DNA of 64,000 nucleotides, from IMG/VR virus record IMGVR_UViG_3300050821_006049; one strand, 5' to 3'. Of the stretch, positions 8,758 through 16,768 are shown in pieces (positions within the stretch are counted from its first letter, which is position 1; every line of letters begins with the position of its first letter). The DNA is from a virus. The notes beneath the pieces are model-generated. The model worked only from the letters and a program-made list of their open reading frames with translations, had not been told where the DNA came from and made no database searches. The position numbers were made by a program, and so were the translations under genes.

Positions 8758-9778
8758 GCGATCTGCCATACCACGAGCTTACCTTGGATGGCATCGAATA
8801 AGCGCGGGCTCGGCGCATCATATTGGAATACAGACCGCCGGTGCGCTCGTTGTAGTAGGTCGCGGCAAGGTTGAGCACCGCCGGGTCGGCCATCGACATC
8901 ATTGCGAGGAACGCCGCATAGAACGGAACGGCGGCCGTCCACGGCGCGGGGATCAACTCGATGTCGGTGTCGGTCGCAAGGTCCAGCGGCAGGCACAGGC
9001 AATCGAGTTCCACCGGATAAGTCTGGTCCGGGTTTGGATACATATAGACCGAGCCTGCGGCACCCTGGCCGAATTGCGACCACCAAAACGGTGTGTAGAG
9101 AAAGTTTCCGTTTGTGTACGATCGCACGAGAGCCTGGAATTTCGAGAACGACAGGTAATTCCCCACATATCGCACATTGCTCCAGATGACCGCGATCGAC
9201 CGCACCGAAAGGATAGCCGCCGCTCCTGGCAACAATGTCTGGATCGGGATATCGATGAAGTTGATCTTCTCTTGGTTCTCCACGACCTGAGATGTGTATT
9301 CGAGTATCGCGCGACCCTGCGCGCCCGATCCGCTGGCGCCAAAACTCAACTGCTCGATGGTGATCTGCGGCGGGAACATATAGCCCTCGCCTGGATCGAT
9401 GACGGTGTAGCCGGTCACCTGCTGATTGGTCAGCACGGTCTCGACGGTCGGGCGGCGGCCAGGAAGATCGGGTAGAGTGAACAACGCGGAGGGAAAGTCG
9501 GTGTAACCCGAGCCGACGACCGATTGCGTCGCAATGATCGGGTCTCCGTAAATGTCGGTGATCGGCTTCCCGGTTACGTTGTCGATCAAAATCTGATCGG
9601 CCGGCACCACCGCGGAGACGCCTGACGAAATCGGCGTCAGAAAGCGGATACACTCGCCCTCGGCCGCGACTTGCTGGCGGGCGAGGTTGATATAGACATC
9701 AAGATCGAAGAGGTTGAAACGCTCCTGCTTCGGATCGCCGATCAGTCGCTGCACCTGTTGTCGATAGAAGTTCAGCAT
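8750..9778 (-). CDS. Virion structural protein, adaptor/tail-tube-A-like (342 aa), paralogue of 11475-12167
   Basis: Start moved to ATG 9776-9778 (MLNFYRQQVQRLIGDPKQERF...), 1 nt after the stop of the 72-aa gene. Shares N-terminal 'L..DP...........IN.AR.Q.AA...C.R' and C-terminal 'IP.PWT.AVP.(F/Y)AA(F/Y)L' blocks with the 230-aa protein. Central insertion contains GSGYT/GEGY. Confidence 0.6.
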   Translation of the reverse strand: MLNFYRQQVQRLIGDPKQERFNLFDLDVYINLARQQVAAEGECIRFLTPISSGVSAVVPADQILIDNVTGKPITDIYGDPIIATQSVVGSGYTDFPSALFTLPDLPGRRPTVETVLTNQQVTGYTVIDPGEGYMFPPQITIEQLSFGASGSGAQGRAILEYTSQVVENQEKINFIDIPIQTLLPGAAAILSVRSIAVIWSNVRYVGNYLSFSKFQALVRSYTNGNFLYTPFWWSQFGQGAAGSVYMYPNPDQTYPVELDCLCLPLDLATDTDIELIPAPWTAAVPFYAAFLAMMSMADPAVLNLAATYYNERTGGLYSNMMRRARAYSMPSKVSSWYGRSLN

Positions 9779-9779
9779 G

Positions 9780-9998
9780 TCAGTGGTGTGGGGCTTTGGC
9801 GGCGGCGGCCTCGCAGGCCATGCGCTTGTCGTGCATGTCCGCCTGCTTCGCGCCAAACTCCATTCGGCGCGGGTCGGCGGGATTGGCCGCACGCTTAGCG
9901 TAGCTGCCCTCGACCACCTTCATCCCCATGCAGGGGTCAGAGGCAAAGGCCCTAGTAGCAAGAACAATACAAATTAACGTGGCTAAGATAAGGCGCAT
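9780..9998 (-). CDS. Small secreted protein (72 aa)
   Basis: MRLILATLICIVLATRAFA|SDPC... is a typical Sec signal peptide. AT-richer 5' end. Tightly packed between virion genes. Confidence 0.5.
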   Translation of the reverse strand: MRLILATLICIVLATRAFASDPCMGMKVVEGSYAKRAANPADPRRMEFGAKQADMHDKRMACEAAAAKAPHH

Positions 9999-10005
9999 AA
10001 CTACC

Positions 10006-11475
10006 CTAATTGTTACAATTGTACTTAACTAGGTAGTCTCCGGCCGGCAAGACCACCGGAGATGCCCAAAGAAATGCGACGTGGCTTGCCGGCCCGATTG
10101 TATCGTCCGCGCCACGCACGAAAGAATAGACGGTGAACGAGCCGGCATTGAAGCTAGGCCAAACCCCTGGCGACGGTCCGCCAATGGCTAGCGTAAAACT
10201 ACAGAGCCCGTTCAGGCCAGTGTCGCTAACCAAGATCGACGGGAAGCTCAGATAGAATGACCCAGTCGCCGCAGCGCTTGCCCCAGCCAGAATGTCAACC
10301 TTCCCAGCATATGGACCAGAGCCGTCTACAACCGAAACCGTTACGTTGCCGGTCGGCGAGGGAGAAGTTAGGGGGCATCCCACGTTACCGGCGACGCAGG
10401 GCGTGTTATAGCTATCGTCGCTGGCGTTGTTGATGCGCCCGCCGCTATAAAGAAAGCCAGTCCCACCCCCTCCTGGCCATTGCGGTGATTGCGTCAGGTA
10501 GAAAAGAAGCTGGCCGCCGTATTTTACTTGATACTCGTCGGTTACGACGGCGGTTCCCTGGAAAATGTTGGCCGGATTGATCTGGGTGATCGACGCCTCG
10601 ACATAGAACAGCGTCCCGAGCGTGGGGTTGCCGACAAAATTCAGATGGCCCGCGGATATCAGGCTGGACGCCCCCGAGCCGGAGACGGAGAGGAATGTCG
10701 CGTTGCCCGAGACGTTCTGATCGGCCCAAATCCCAAGATTGGAGCCGGAATTTTCGTTGTGCCAGATAGCAACGGTAGCCGGTCCCCAGGTGTTGCCGGC
10801 CAAGAGGTTGAGGGTGCCGCCGATCTGGACGAAGCCGGTTGAGCTACATCCCGATCCCGTGCCGCTGATCAGCGCCATGTTCATGATCGCCACCGTGGCG
10901 TGATCGCCGACGCCGATGGTGGCGCAGTCAGCGCTACCGCCGTTCCAATTCTCGGTGCCGCCGCCGTCGAAGATCAACTGCCCGCTATCTTGGACGGCAG
11001 GCGGGGCAATGGTCGGGTTGGGAAAGGAGTTGGCGCTTCCGAGCAACGGGCTGTTTACAAAGACGCTCTCATTCCACGTATTCGTCCCGCCAGCCAGCGC
11101 GTGAATTATGATATTCCCGCCCGCGGCGTTGAACAGAAAGGCGGAATTGACCGCTTGCGCCTTGGTCAAGCATGGCTGAGCGATGTAGATGCATAAATTC
11201 GTGCCGGAGCCCGGCGACCCACCATCATTTCCGAGCTGCGAGATGTAAAGATTGATCGGATTGCTGGTCAGGCCAAAGGCTCGGATATCGAGGACGCTGG
11301 AGAAGTACGGGCACCTGACCGTGGCGCCGCCTTGCGAGCACGGGACATATTCCGTGCCGAGGAGAGGCAGCAGTGCCGGCGCCAAGCATTGGATGCAGAT
11401 GCCGGATTGGGACAGCGCCACACCGCCGAAGCCCACCGCCATCATGGCGACCAAGGCCAGCAGGAATTTGCGCAT
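10006..11475 (-). CDS. Signal-peptide-bearing beta-helix-like protein (489 aa) inside the virion module
   Basis: Start at ATG 11473-11475 (ATGA overlap with the upstream stop): MRKFLLALVAMMAVGFGGVALS|QSGICIQCLAPALLPLLGTEYVPCSQGGATVRCP. The rest is G/N/S/T-rich with repetitive beta-strand-like segments (…NIIIHALAGGTNTWNESVFV…GNATFLSVSGSGASSLISAGHLNFVGN…), as in tailspike or pectate-lyase-type folds (inference). Confidence 0.6.
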   Translation of the reverse strand: MRKFLLALVAMMAVGFGGVALSQSGICIQCLAPALLPLLGTEYVPCSQGGATVRCPYFSSVLDIRAFGLTSNPINLYISQLGNDGGSPGSGTNLCIYIAQPCLTKAQAVNSAFLFNAAGGNIIIHALAGGTNTWNESVFVNSPLLGSANSFPNPTIAPPAVQDSGQLIFDGGGTENWNGGSADCATIGVGDHATVAIMNMALISGTGSGCSSTGFVQIGGTLNLLAGNTWGPATVAIWHNENSGSNLGIWADQNVSGNATFLSVSGSGASSLISAGHLNFVGNPTLGTLFYVEASITQINPANIFQGTAVVTDEYQVKYGGQLLFYLTQSPQWPGGGGTGFLYSGGRINNASDDSYNTPCVAGNVGCPLTSPSPTGNVTVSVVDGSGPYAGKVDILAGASAAATGSFYLSFPSILVSDTGLNGLCSFTLAIGGPSPGVWPSFNAGSFTVYSFVRGADDTIGPASHVAFLWASPVVLPAGDYLVKYNCNN

Positions 11476-12167
11476 CAGCGGCCTCCGGCTGAGGGGCCGA
11501 ACCCGGTATTTACGATCTTCGATGCGGCCTCGCGCGAAGCCCCGCCGCCGGGCGAGTAGAGCGGCAGCACGGTCGAGACGACCGCTCGCGTCCCCCACGA
11601 CATAAACTCGCCCCAGCGCTGCAAAAGGGCGAGCGCATCGGCGGTGCGCTGCTTGTCCTGATAGAGCAGGTACGCCGCAAAATACGGCACCGCTTCGGTC
11701 CAAGGATACGGGATGGCCTCGGGCGTCGTGTCATCGACCAAAATGACCGGACGGCCGATCAGGTCGAAACTCAGCGGATAGATGTTATCCGGGACGGGAT
11801 CGACGGAGATGGAGCCGAGCGGCCCCGGCTCTTGGATCGACCACATATTCGGGGCGCCGTGTGCCAAGGTTCGATAGGCAACGAACCACTCCCAAGGCCG
11901 ATACGCAAACTGCGCGCCTGAGATAAAACCTATCTGAGCGGTGAGGGCGCCTTGAACCCCGGTCTCGACCGAAAGGCCGGCAAGTGGATAAACCGCGCCC
12001 CCGACCGTCGTCGAGACGGCTCCAGTGTATCGAACGCAATGCGTGGCGGCGGCGATCTGACCGCGGCCAGCGTTGATCGCGGTGTCGACCTCCTGCGTCG
12101 AATAGACGGCGTTGGTAGGATCGTCCAGCAGCCTCAGCGTGACGATTTCATACGCGGTGAGCGCCAT
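11475..12167 (-). CDS. Virion structural protein, adaptor-like (230 aa), paralogue of 8750-9778
   Basis: MALTAYEIVTLRLLDDPTNAVYSTQEVDTAINAGRGQIAAATHCVRY...IPYPWTEAVPYFAAYLLYQ. Conserved N- and C-terminal blocks are shared with the 342-aa protein. Confidence 0.6.
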   Translation of the reverse strand: MALTAYEIVTLRLLDDPTNAVYSTQEVDTAINAGRGQIAAATHCVRYTGAVSTTVGGAVYPLAGLSVETGVQGALTAQIGFISGAQFAYRPWEWFVAYRTLAHGAPNMWSIQEPGPLGSISVDPVPDNIYPLSFDLIGRPVILVDDTTPEAIPYPWTEAVPYFAAYLLYQDKQRTADALALLQRWGEFMSWGTRAVVSTVLPLYSPGGGASREAASKIVNTGFGPSAGGR

Positions 12168-12174
12168 CGGATCA

Positions 12175-13020
12175 TCAGGAGATGCCGCCGAGCGCCTGAA
12201 TCCACACCGTCGCGGAAGTGCCGTCAGCCGCCACCAATGTAGAGGTCGCGGTCGCGACCGCCGTATTGGTGCCGGCCACCGTCATCGTCGGCGCCGAAGC
12301 GACATGATCGCCGGGCAGAACCATGATCATCGCGGTGATAGTACCGGCAGCCGCTGCAAGCGGAATGGTGATCGACGGGATTGTGATCGTGCCGATATTC
12401 GGATCGTTCGGGTTCGGGATCAGCACGACACCCGGCGCCGACGCATACCCGGCACCGGAGGCCTGCACGGTGATCGCGTTGACCGCGCCGCCGGAGACCG
12501 TCGCCAGGGCCGTTGCCTGGATGCCGCCGGCGGGCGGGGCCTGTATCCACACCGTTGGCGGCAAAACCCAATTGGTGCCGCCGGTGACGCCGTTCTTGTC
12601 GGTGCCGATTACCGGAGTACCCATCTTTCCGTCGACCAGCACCCGCCAGGTCGAGCCGCCGGTCCCAGCGGTGACGCTCGCATTGCCCTGCGTGTAGCCG
12701 GTGTTGGTGCCGCCGATCGTCAACGTCGGTTGCGGAATGCCGGAAAGGTTGGCGACCCGGAAATTCTGCCCGTCCGAAACGACCTCGTGATAGGCGATCG
12801 TCGTGGTGAGCGGCTGCCAGGTGGTCGAGACCGGGTCAAGGAATTGGATGTAAGTGCCGGCCGGGGTGACGATGCCCCATTTGCCCGGCGGCAGATTGAA
12901 GGTCTCGCCCGGCGTCATATAGACTTGGTTCGACCAAGCGGCCGAACTCAGGCCGGGCGGCAGCGGAACCGGATACGGATTAGCGGGATAAGGTAGCGCG
13001 ATTCCCGGCCCTCCAATCAT
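12175..13020 (-). CDS. Second shell/virion protein after the major capsid gene (decoration/cement-type candidate)
   Basis: 281-aa ORF whose ATG overlaps the capsid gene stop. Beta-rich and Pro/Thr/Gly-rich, with one 'GAGYASAPGVVL' unit. A capsid accessory protein follows the MCP in epsilon15/BPP-1-like phages (established). The assignment here is positional. Confidence 0.5.
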   Translation of the reverse strand: MIGGPGIALPYPANPYPVPLPPGLSSAAWSNQVYMTPGETFNLPPGKWGIVTPAGTYIQFLDPVSTTWQPLTTTIAYHEVVSDGQNFRVANLSGIPQPTLTIGGTNTGYTQGNASVTAGTGGSTWRVLVDGKMGTPVIGTDKNGVTGGTNWVLPPTVWIQAPPAGGIQATALATVSGGAVNAITVQASGAGYASAPGVVLIPNPNDPNIGTITIPSITIPLAAAAGTITAMIMVLPGDHVASAPTMTVAGTNTAVATATSTLVAADGTSATVWIQALGGIS

Positions 13021-14024
13021 CAGAATGCTCCTCCGGTCAGCCCGGTAAAGATCGCGCCCGTCGAGGGCTTAGAGGTGATCACATTCTCGCCGAGGATCAT
13101 CACGCCGACCTGGGCGAGCTGGCCGAGCGGGATCAGCGAATAGAAGCCGGAGAAATCGAAACTCGCATCCTCGGATATGTACATCGAGGTGTATTTGCTG
13201 TTCGACATGATCACCGTGCCTTTGGGGCACCAGTGATCGAGATAGAACGGCACGCCGTTGATGTTGAGGTTCGGGAAGCCGGAGCGCGCGTTCGTGTCCA
13301 TCGAGTATGCCCCGCCGGGGCGGACGAACATCGTCTCGGTCCCGATGAACTGCGCGGCCAAGGTGGCGTAGTCCGACGGCGACATGATCACGTAGTCAGG
13401 AGCCTCGCCGCCAGCGAGGTCGGTCACCTGGATCAGATAAGACGACCAAGCGGCGCGCGAATTGACCAGCGGCGCAGATGTGGTGCTGGCGAAATAATTG
13501 CCCTGCCAGAACTGGTTGCCGGATTGTAGCCGGTTGATCCCGCCGTAAGTCGCAACGTTGGTCCCGTTATCGAACGCCTCGATAAAGCCGGACGGCATCA
13601 AGGGACTGTTGGAATTATTCGTAAACAGCACCGAGGCGAGCTGCTGAACCGTCGTCGCGTAGACATCGTTCATGCGAACGTCGAGGATCGGCACGATCGT
13701 CTCGGTCGACTGCAACAGCGCCTCGCCCAGCACCAGCGGTACGGGAACGGTGAAATACGCCGTGTTGAACTGAGACGGCTGGACGCCGGGGATCACCTGC
13801 GGCTTGTTGAAGTTGCCGGCATAGGAGGTCCACGCCCCCTGCACCATCGGCTGCCCCTGCACCGGAATGGTAATCTGGTTGAGACCGCCGGCGGAGCGCT
13901 GCGCCGAGCCCATCAGCATGAACAGCGACGGAGCGGCAAAGTAAATGTTCCGAACGACAACGGGGACGAACGCTCTGCGTGTGAGGCCAACCAATTCGTT
14001 AAATATACCCCCGCTTGAGGGCAC
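13020..14024 (-). CDS. Major capsid protein (HK97-fold candidate)
   Basis: 334-aa ORF after the scaffold (+HNH) and before the accessory shell protein. Size, position and sequence character fit (MPSSGGIFNELVGLTRRAF…GVPFYLDHWCPKGTVIMSNSKYTSMYISEDASFDF…). Family not verifiable without a search. Confidence 0.65.
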   Translation of the reverse strand: MPSSGGIFNELVGLTRRAFVPVVVRNIYFAAPSLFMLMGSAQRSAGGLNQITIPVQGQPMVQGAWTSYAGNFNKPQVIPGVQPSQFNTAYFTVPVPLVLGEALLQSTETIVPILDVRMNDVYATTVQQLASVLFTNNSNSPLMPSGFIEAFDNGTNVATYGGINRLQSGNQFWQGNYFASTTSAPLVNSRAAWSSYLIQVTDLAGGEAPDYVIMSPSDYATLAAQFIGTETMFVRPGGAYSMDTNARSGFPNLNINGVPFYLDHWCPKGTVIMSNSKYTSMYISEDASFDFSGFYSLIPLGQLAQVGVMILGENVITSKPSTGAIFTGLTGGAF

Positions 14025-14052
14025 TACACCTGTTCCAGGGATCGGAATTGGA

Positions 14053-14661
14053 CTACCCTCCTATTGACAGGTAGCCAAGCGCCGTGTCGGCTATACTTAG
14101 CATTCCTGGAAGTTGCCCATATTCTGCTAATAAAGACCGGCAGAACTCGATCTTGTCTTCTACTCTCTGCCCACACGGCTGAGATGTGTTCCACAGTTCC
14201 AGATTCGCTGGATCGTTATTCAAACGATTGCCGTCTTTGTGATGGACATTTTCGTAACGAAGCAGGGGACGGCCCAAACGCTGCTCCATAACTTGGCGAT
14301 GCTCTAGAATCCTTTTGCCGCCACCATTCTTAAACGCCCGATACCCTTCGCCGGTGACATATCCAGACCGCTTTGCGTCGGCAGCGCACGCTCTCGAGCA
14401 ATACCGCGCATTATATTGAAACCCACGGGAACGCCCGCGTTCGTCAACACGCTTACGGCTAGCGGTCTTGCCGCAATGCCCGCAAATGAATTCTGGCGGC
14501 AAACTCAGGCGGATCGAAATCCCAGCACATTCTCGGGAACAATACAGGGGATCTCTCTGATGCTGTTTCCGATACGCAGTTAAATAGGACTCCTTCTTGA
14601 AGAAGTCCCCGCCACAGCGGCGGCACTGGAAGGTGTAGATCCTGGCGGCTGGAGAGCCCAT
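14053..14661 (-). CDS. HNH endonuclease with N-terminal zinc-ribbon repeats (homing-endonuclease-like insertion)
   Basis: 'YENVHHKDGNRLNNDPANLELW' is a classic HNH core. N-terminal CxxC pairs are 'FQCRRCGG', 'YCSRECAG', 'ICGHCGK', 'YCSRACAAD'. Visibly lower GC than neighbours. Sits between the scaffold and capsid genes. Confidence 0.85.
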   Translation of the reverse strand: MGSPAARIYTFQCRRCGGDFFKKESYLTAYRKQHQRDPLYCSRECAGISIRLSLPPEFICGHCGKTASRKRVDERGRSRGFQYNARYCSRACAADAKRSGYVTGEGYRAFKNGGGKRILEHRQVMEQRLGRPLLRYENVHHKDGNRLNNDPANLELWNTSQPCGQRVEDKIEFCRSLLAEYGQLPGMLSIADTALGYLSIGG

Positions 14662-14664
14662 CCC

Positions 14665-15294
14665 TTATGCCGCCCATTCGCGGAGGTTGCCGTTAGCCTT
14701 ATCAGCGACGAATTTTGTGATCATCTGGCTCTTGTATTTCGCCGGATCTTTCATCAACAGCGAATGATCAACTTCGGCCTCGCTCGGATTGAACCAGTTC
14801 AGATCCTTGCCGGCGTATGATTGGGCGATCGGCGATGGGGCGGGCATCTGCGAGCGCACATAGGCCGATGCCACGTCGTAATCGCCGATGCCGCGCTCGC
14901 GCATAAGGTCTTCGATCCTGGCGATGCCGTCCTCGTCCCACCCTTCCTCGCGCAACCGCTTGTGCGCCGAGGTAATGGTGTTCTTGACGCGCCGCTCCTG
15001 AGCCTCCTGCTTCTCTTTCTCGCGCTCTTCCTGCTCGCGCTTGCGGTCTTCGTCGTAGCGCGCTTCAAGGGCGGCGATCTTGTCGAGAAGCGGCCGGGAC
15101 GCGGCCTCCGCTGTGTCGATTTCCGGCAGGGCCACATCGGGGAAATGCTTTTTGACGAGCTTCAGCGCCTCCAGCCGATCCGGGCTTTCGAGGATCTTGC
15201 CGAAGACCTTCTGGAAATTCTCGGCGGTCGGATAGCGTTGCGCCAGAGTGCGCAACTGATTCAGCTCGGAGTCGTCGATCTCGACCAGCGGCAT
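14665..15294 (-). CDS. Scaffolding protein candidate
   Basis: 209 aa, highly charged and helical ('YDEDRKREQEEREKEKQEAQERRVKN'). Located upstream of the capsid gene. Confidence 0.55.
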   Translation of the reverse strand: MPLVEIDDSELNQLRTLAQRYPTAENFQKVFGKILESPDRLEALKLVKKHFPDVALPEIDTAEAASRPLLDKIAALEARYDEDRKREQEEREKEKQEAQERRVKNTITSAHKRLREEGWDEDGIARIEDLMRERGIGDYDVASAYVRSQMPAPSPIAQSYAGKDLNWFNPSEAEVDHSLLMKDPAKYKSQMITKFVADKANGNLREWAA

Positions 15295-15296
15295 GA

Positions 15297-15467
15297 TCAG
15301 GCGCCCTTCGATCCGCCGACGTGACGAATCGTCAGGTCATTTTTTGAGACCGACGGCATGTGCGACTTGCGCGCGCCGATGTCCTGTTTCTCGAAATCCT
15401 GGCTGACGATGCGCGAATCCGATTTCGGCACCGTCTTCGTGGGATTATGGAATACGTCGGTGCTCAT
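15297..15467 (-). CDS. Small hypothetical protein (56 aa)
   Basis: Below the ORF-track cutoff. My translation is MSTDVFHNPTKTVPKSDSRIVSQDFEKQDIGARKSHMPSVSKNDLTIRHVGGSKGA. ATGA overlap with the upstream stop (15464-15467). Ends 2 nt before the scaffold ATG. Confidence 0.35.
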   Translation of the reverse strand: MSTDVFHNPTKTVPKSDSRIVSQDFEKQDIGARKSHMPSVSKNDLTIRHVGGSKGA

Positions 15468-15706
15468 GACTTATCTCCTGGAGCCGGGGTCTTCCCCACG
15501 GCCATGTTGCCGGAAGCCGCCGGCGCATCGGACTTCGCTGGCGCGGACTTCGCCTCTTCTCCCGTCGCCATATCGATAACCTTCACATCGATAACTTCGG
15601 GATCGTCGGGCAGCGCTTTCATCGCCGCCACTGCCGCCGCCATGTCCTCATGGCCGAAACAGGTGATCGATCCCTTGCGGTGAACGGCGAGGCAGAATGC
15701 CGACAT
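15464..15706 (-). CDS. Small hypothetical protein (80 aa)
   Basis: ORF fits the coupled operon spacing. No family recognised. Confidence 0.4.
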   Translation of the reverse strand: MSAFCLAVHRKGSITCFGHEDMAAAVAAMKALPDDPEVIDVKVIDMATGEEAKSAPAKSDAPAASGNMAVGKTPAPGDKS

Positions 15707-15709
15707 TCA

Positions 15710-16132
15710 TCATCCTCCTGGCGCGGGCGGAGCGGCGCCGCCTGGGGGAGCGCCCCCGGCGCCTCCGCCCTGCGCGGCGGCGAGTTGGGCGAGGAGCGGC
15801 GATATCTGCCGACGCTCCATCAAGAATTGTTCCATGCCGGCATTCTGCGCGCCCGGCGTGACCGAACTGGCGAGTTCCGGCAGTTTTGCGAGGAGATCCA
15901 TTGCCTTGCGAACCGCTTCCGAGGGCTTGGTTCCAAAACCAAGCCCCGGAAGGGCTTTAGCAAGCATGTCATACGCGCCCTTCACCAGAGCCATGCCGGA
16001 CGCTTCGGCGCCGCGATTGGGGGTCGGCATCGTAACCGGGGAGGAACCGAACGGGGGCTGACCCGGAGAGGTGCCGGCTCCCGCGACGGGAAGCGGCGGT
16101 GTTTGCGGCCCTGATGGAAGGAGCGGCGGCAT
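15710..16132 (-). CDS. Hypothetical head-module protein (140 aa), Pro/Gly-rich termini
   Basis: MPPLLPSGPQTPPLPVAG… with a central helical core 'ALVKGAYDMLAKALPGLGFGTKPSEAVRKAMDLLAKLPE'. Preceded by a 13-codon ORF with a strong RBS. Confidence 0.45.
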   Translation of the reverse strand: MPPLLPSGPQTPPLPVAGAGTSPGQPPFGSSPVTMPTPNRGAEASGMALVKGAYDMLAKALPGLGFGTKPSEAVRKAMDLLAKLPELASSVTPGAQNAGMEQFLMERRQISPLLAQLAAAQGGGAGGAPPGGAAPPAPGG

Positions 16133-16196
16133 CTGTCTTTAGTGGCGCTTGCCGCGCCGGCCGCGACGCTGTTCGTACATCGCCTTGCTCCTCTAG

Positions 16197-16293
16197 GGTT
16201 GCAGTCGGCTATTTAGCCTGAGGGTTCCTCGTTCCCCCCACCCGGCCTAGCCGGAGGAGCACATGGCCCCAGCCTAAACAGTCGATTGCAACC
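16197..16293. promoter_or_regulatory. Inverted repeat GGTTGCAGTCG / CGATTGCAACC upstream of the AlpA-like gene
   Basis: Arms at 16197-16207 and 16283-16293, 10/11 complementary, in the non-coding gap between the minus-strand 140-aa gene and the plus-strand cassette. Confidence 0.35.
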
Positions 16294-16349
16294 GTCGTCG
16301 GCGAACGCCATTGCCAGCAACAATCAAATTTGATACACAGTCGCCCGCG

Positions 16350-16538
16350 ATGAGCGGCGATCACGATTGGCTCTGTACCAAGGAAGCGGCTCAGATGTGC
16401 GCCGTCTCGGCAGCGCAGATGTGGCGGATGCGAAAGCGCTATAACGGGCCTTCGTTTCACCGGCTCGGCGGCAAGGTCATGTACAGACGATCGGATATCG
16501 AGGAATGGATCGACCGGATGCGGGTCGCATGTGAGTGA
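16350..16538 (+). CDS. AlpA/excisionase-family (HTH_17-like) DNA-binding protein
   Basis: 'LCTKEAAQMCAVSAAQMWRMRKRYNGPSFHRLGGKVMYRRSDIEEWI' matches the AlpA/Xis-type HTH pattern. The ORF track begins at a TTG (16311), so I prefer ATG 16350. Opposite strand to the surrounding head genes. Confidence 0.65.
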   Translation: MSGDHDWLCTKEAAQMCAVSAAQMWRMRKRYNGPSFHRLGGKVMYRRSDIEEWIDRMRVACE

Positions 16539-16768
16539 TGCCGACTGAAATGCAGAAGGTACGCTCGTCGCATGTATGGGAGGTCGGCTACGATCCAGAG
16601 CAGGCAGTGCTGTCGGTGCGCTACCACCCGACACTGAGCCACCCGGCGGGGCGGGTGATCGAATACCTCGGCGTAGACGCACAGACTGCCGCCCGAGTCC
16701 TTGCCGCGCCCAGCACAGGCACGGCACTTCACGATTTCGTCAAGGGCGTATTCGAGTTCCGCGGCTAG
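16535..16768 (+). CDS. KTSC-domain protein
   Basis: 'SSHVWEVGYDPEQAVLSVRY…GRVIEYLGVDAQTAARVLAAPSTGTALHDFVKGVFEF' follows the KTSC pattern (S..i..vgYD.....L.V.F..G..Y.Y..V......l..A.S.G). ATGA overlap with the AlpA-like gene. Confidence 0.65.
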   Translation: MMPTEMQKVRSSHVWEVGYDPEQAVLSVRYHPTLSHPAGRVIEYLGVDAQTAARVLAAPSTGTALHDFVKGVFEFRG

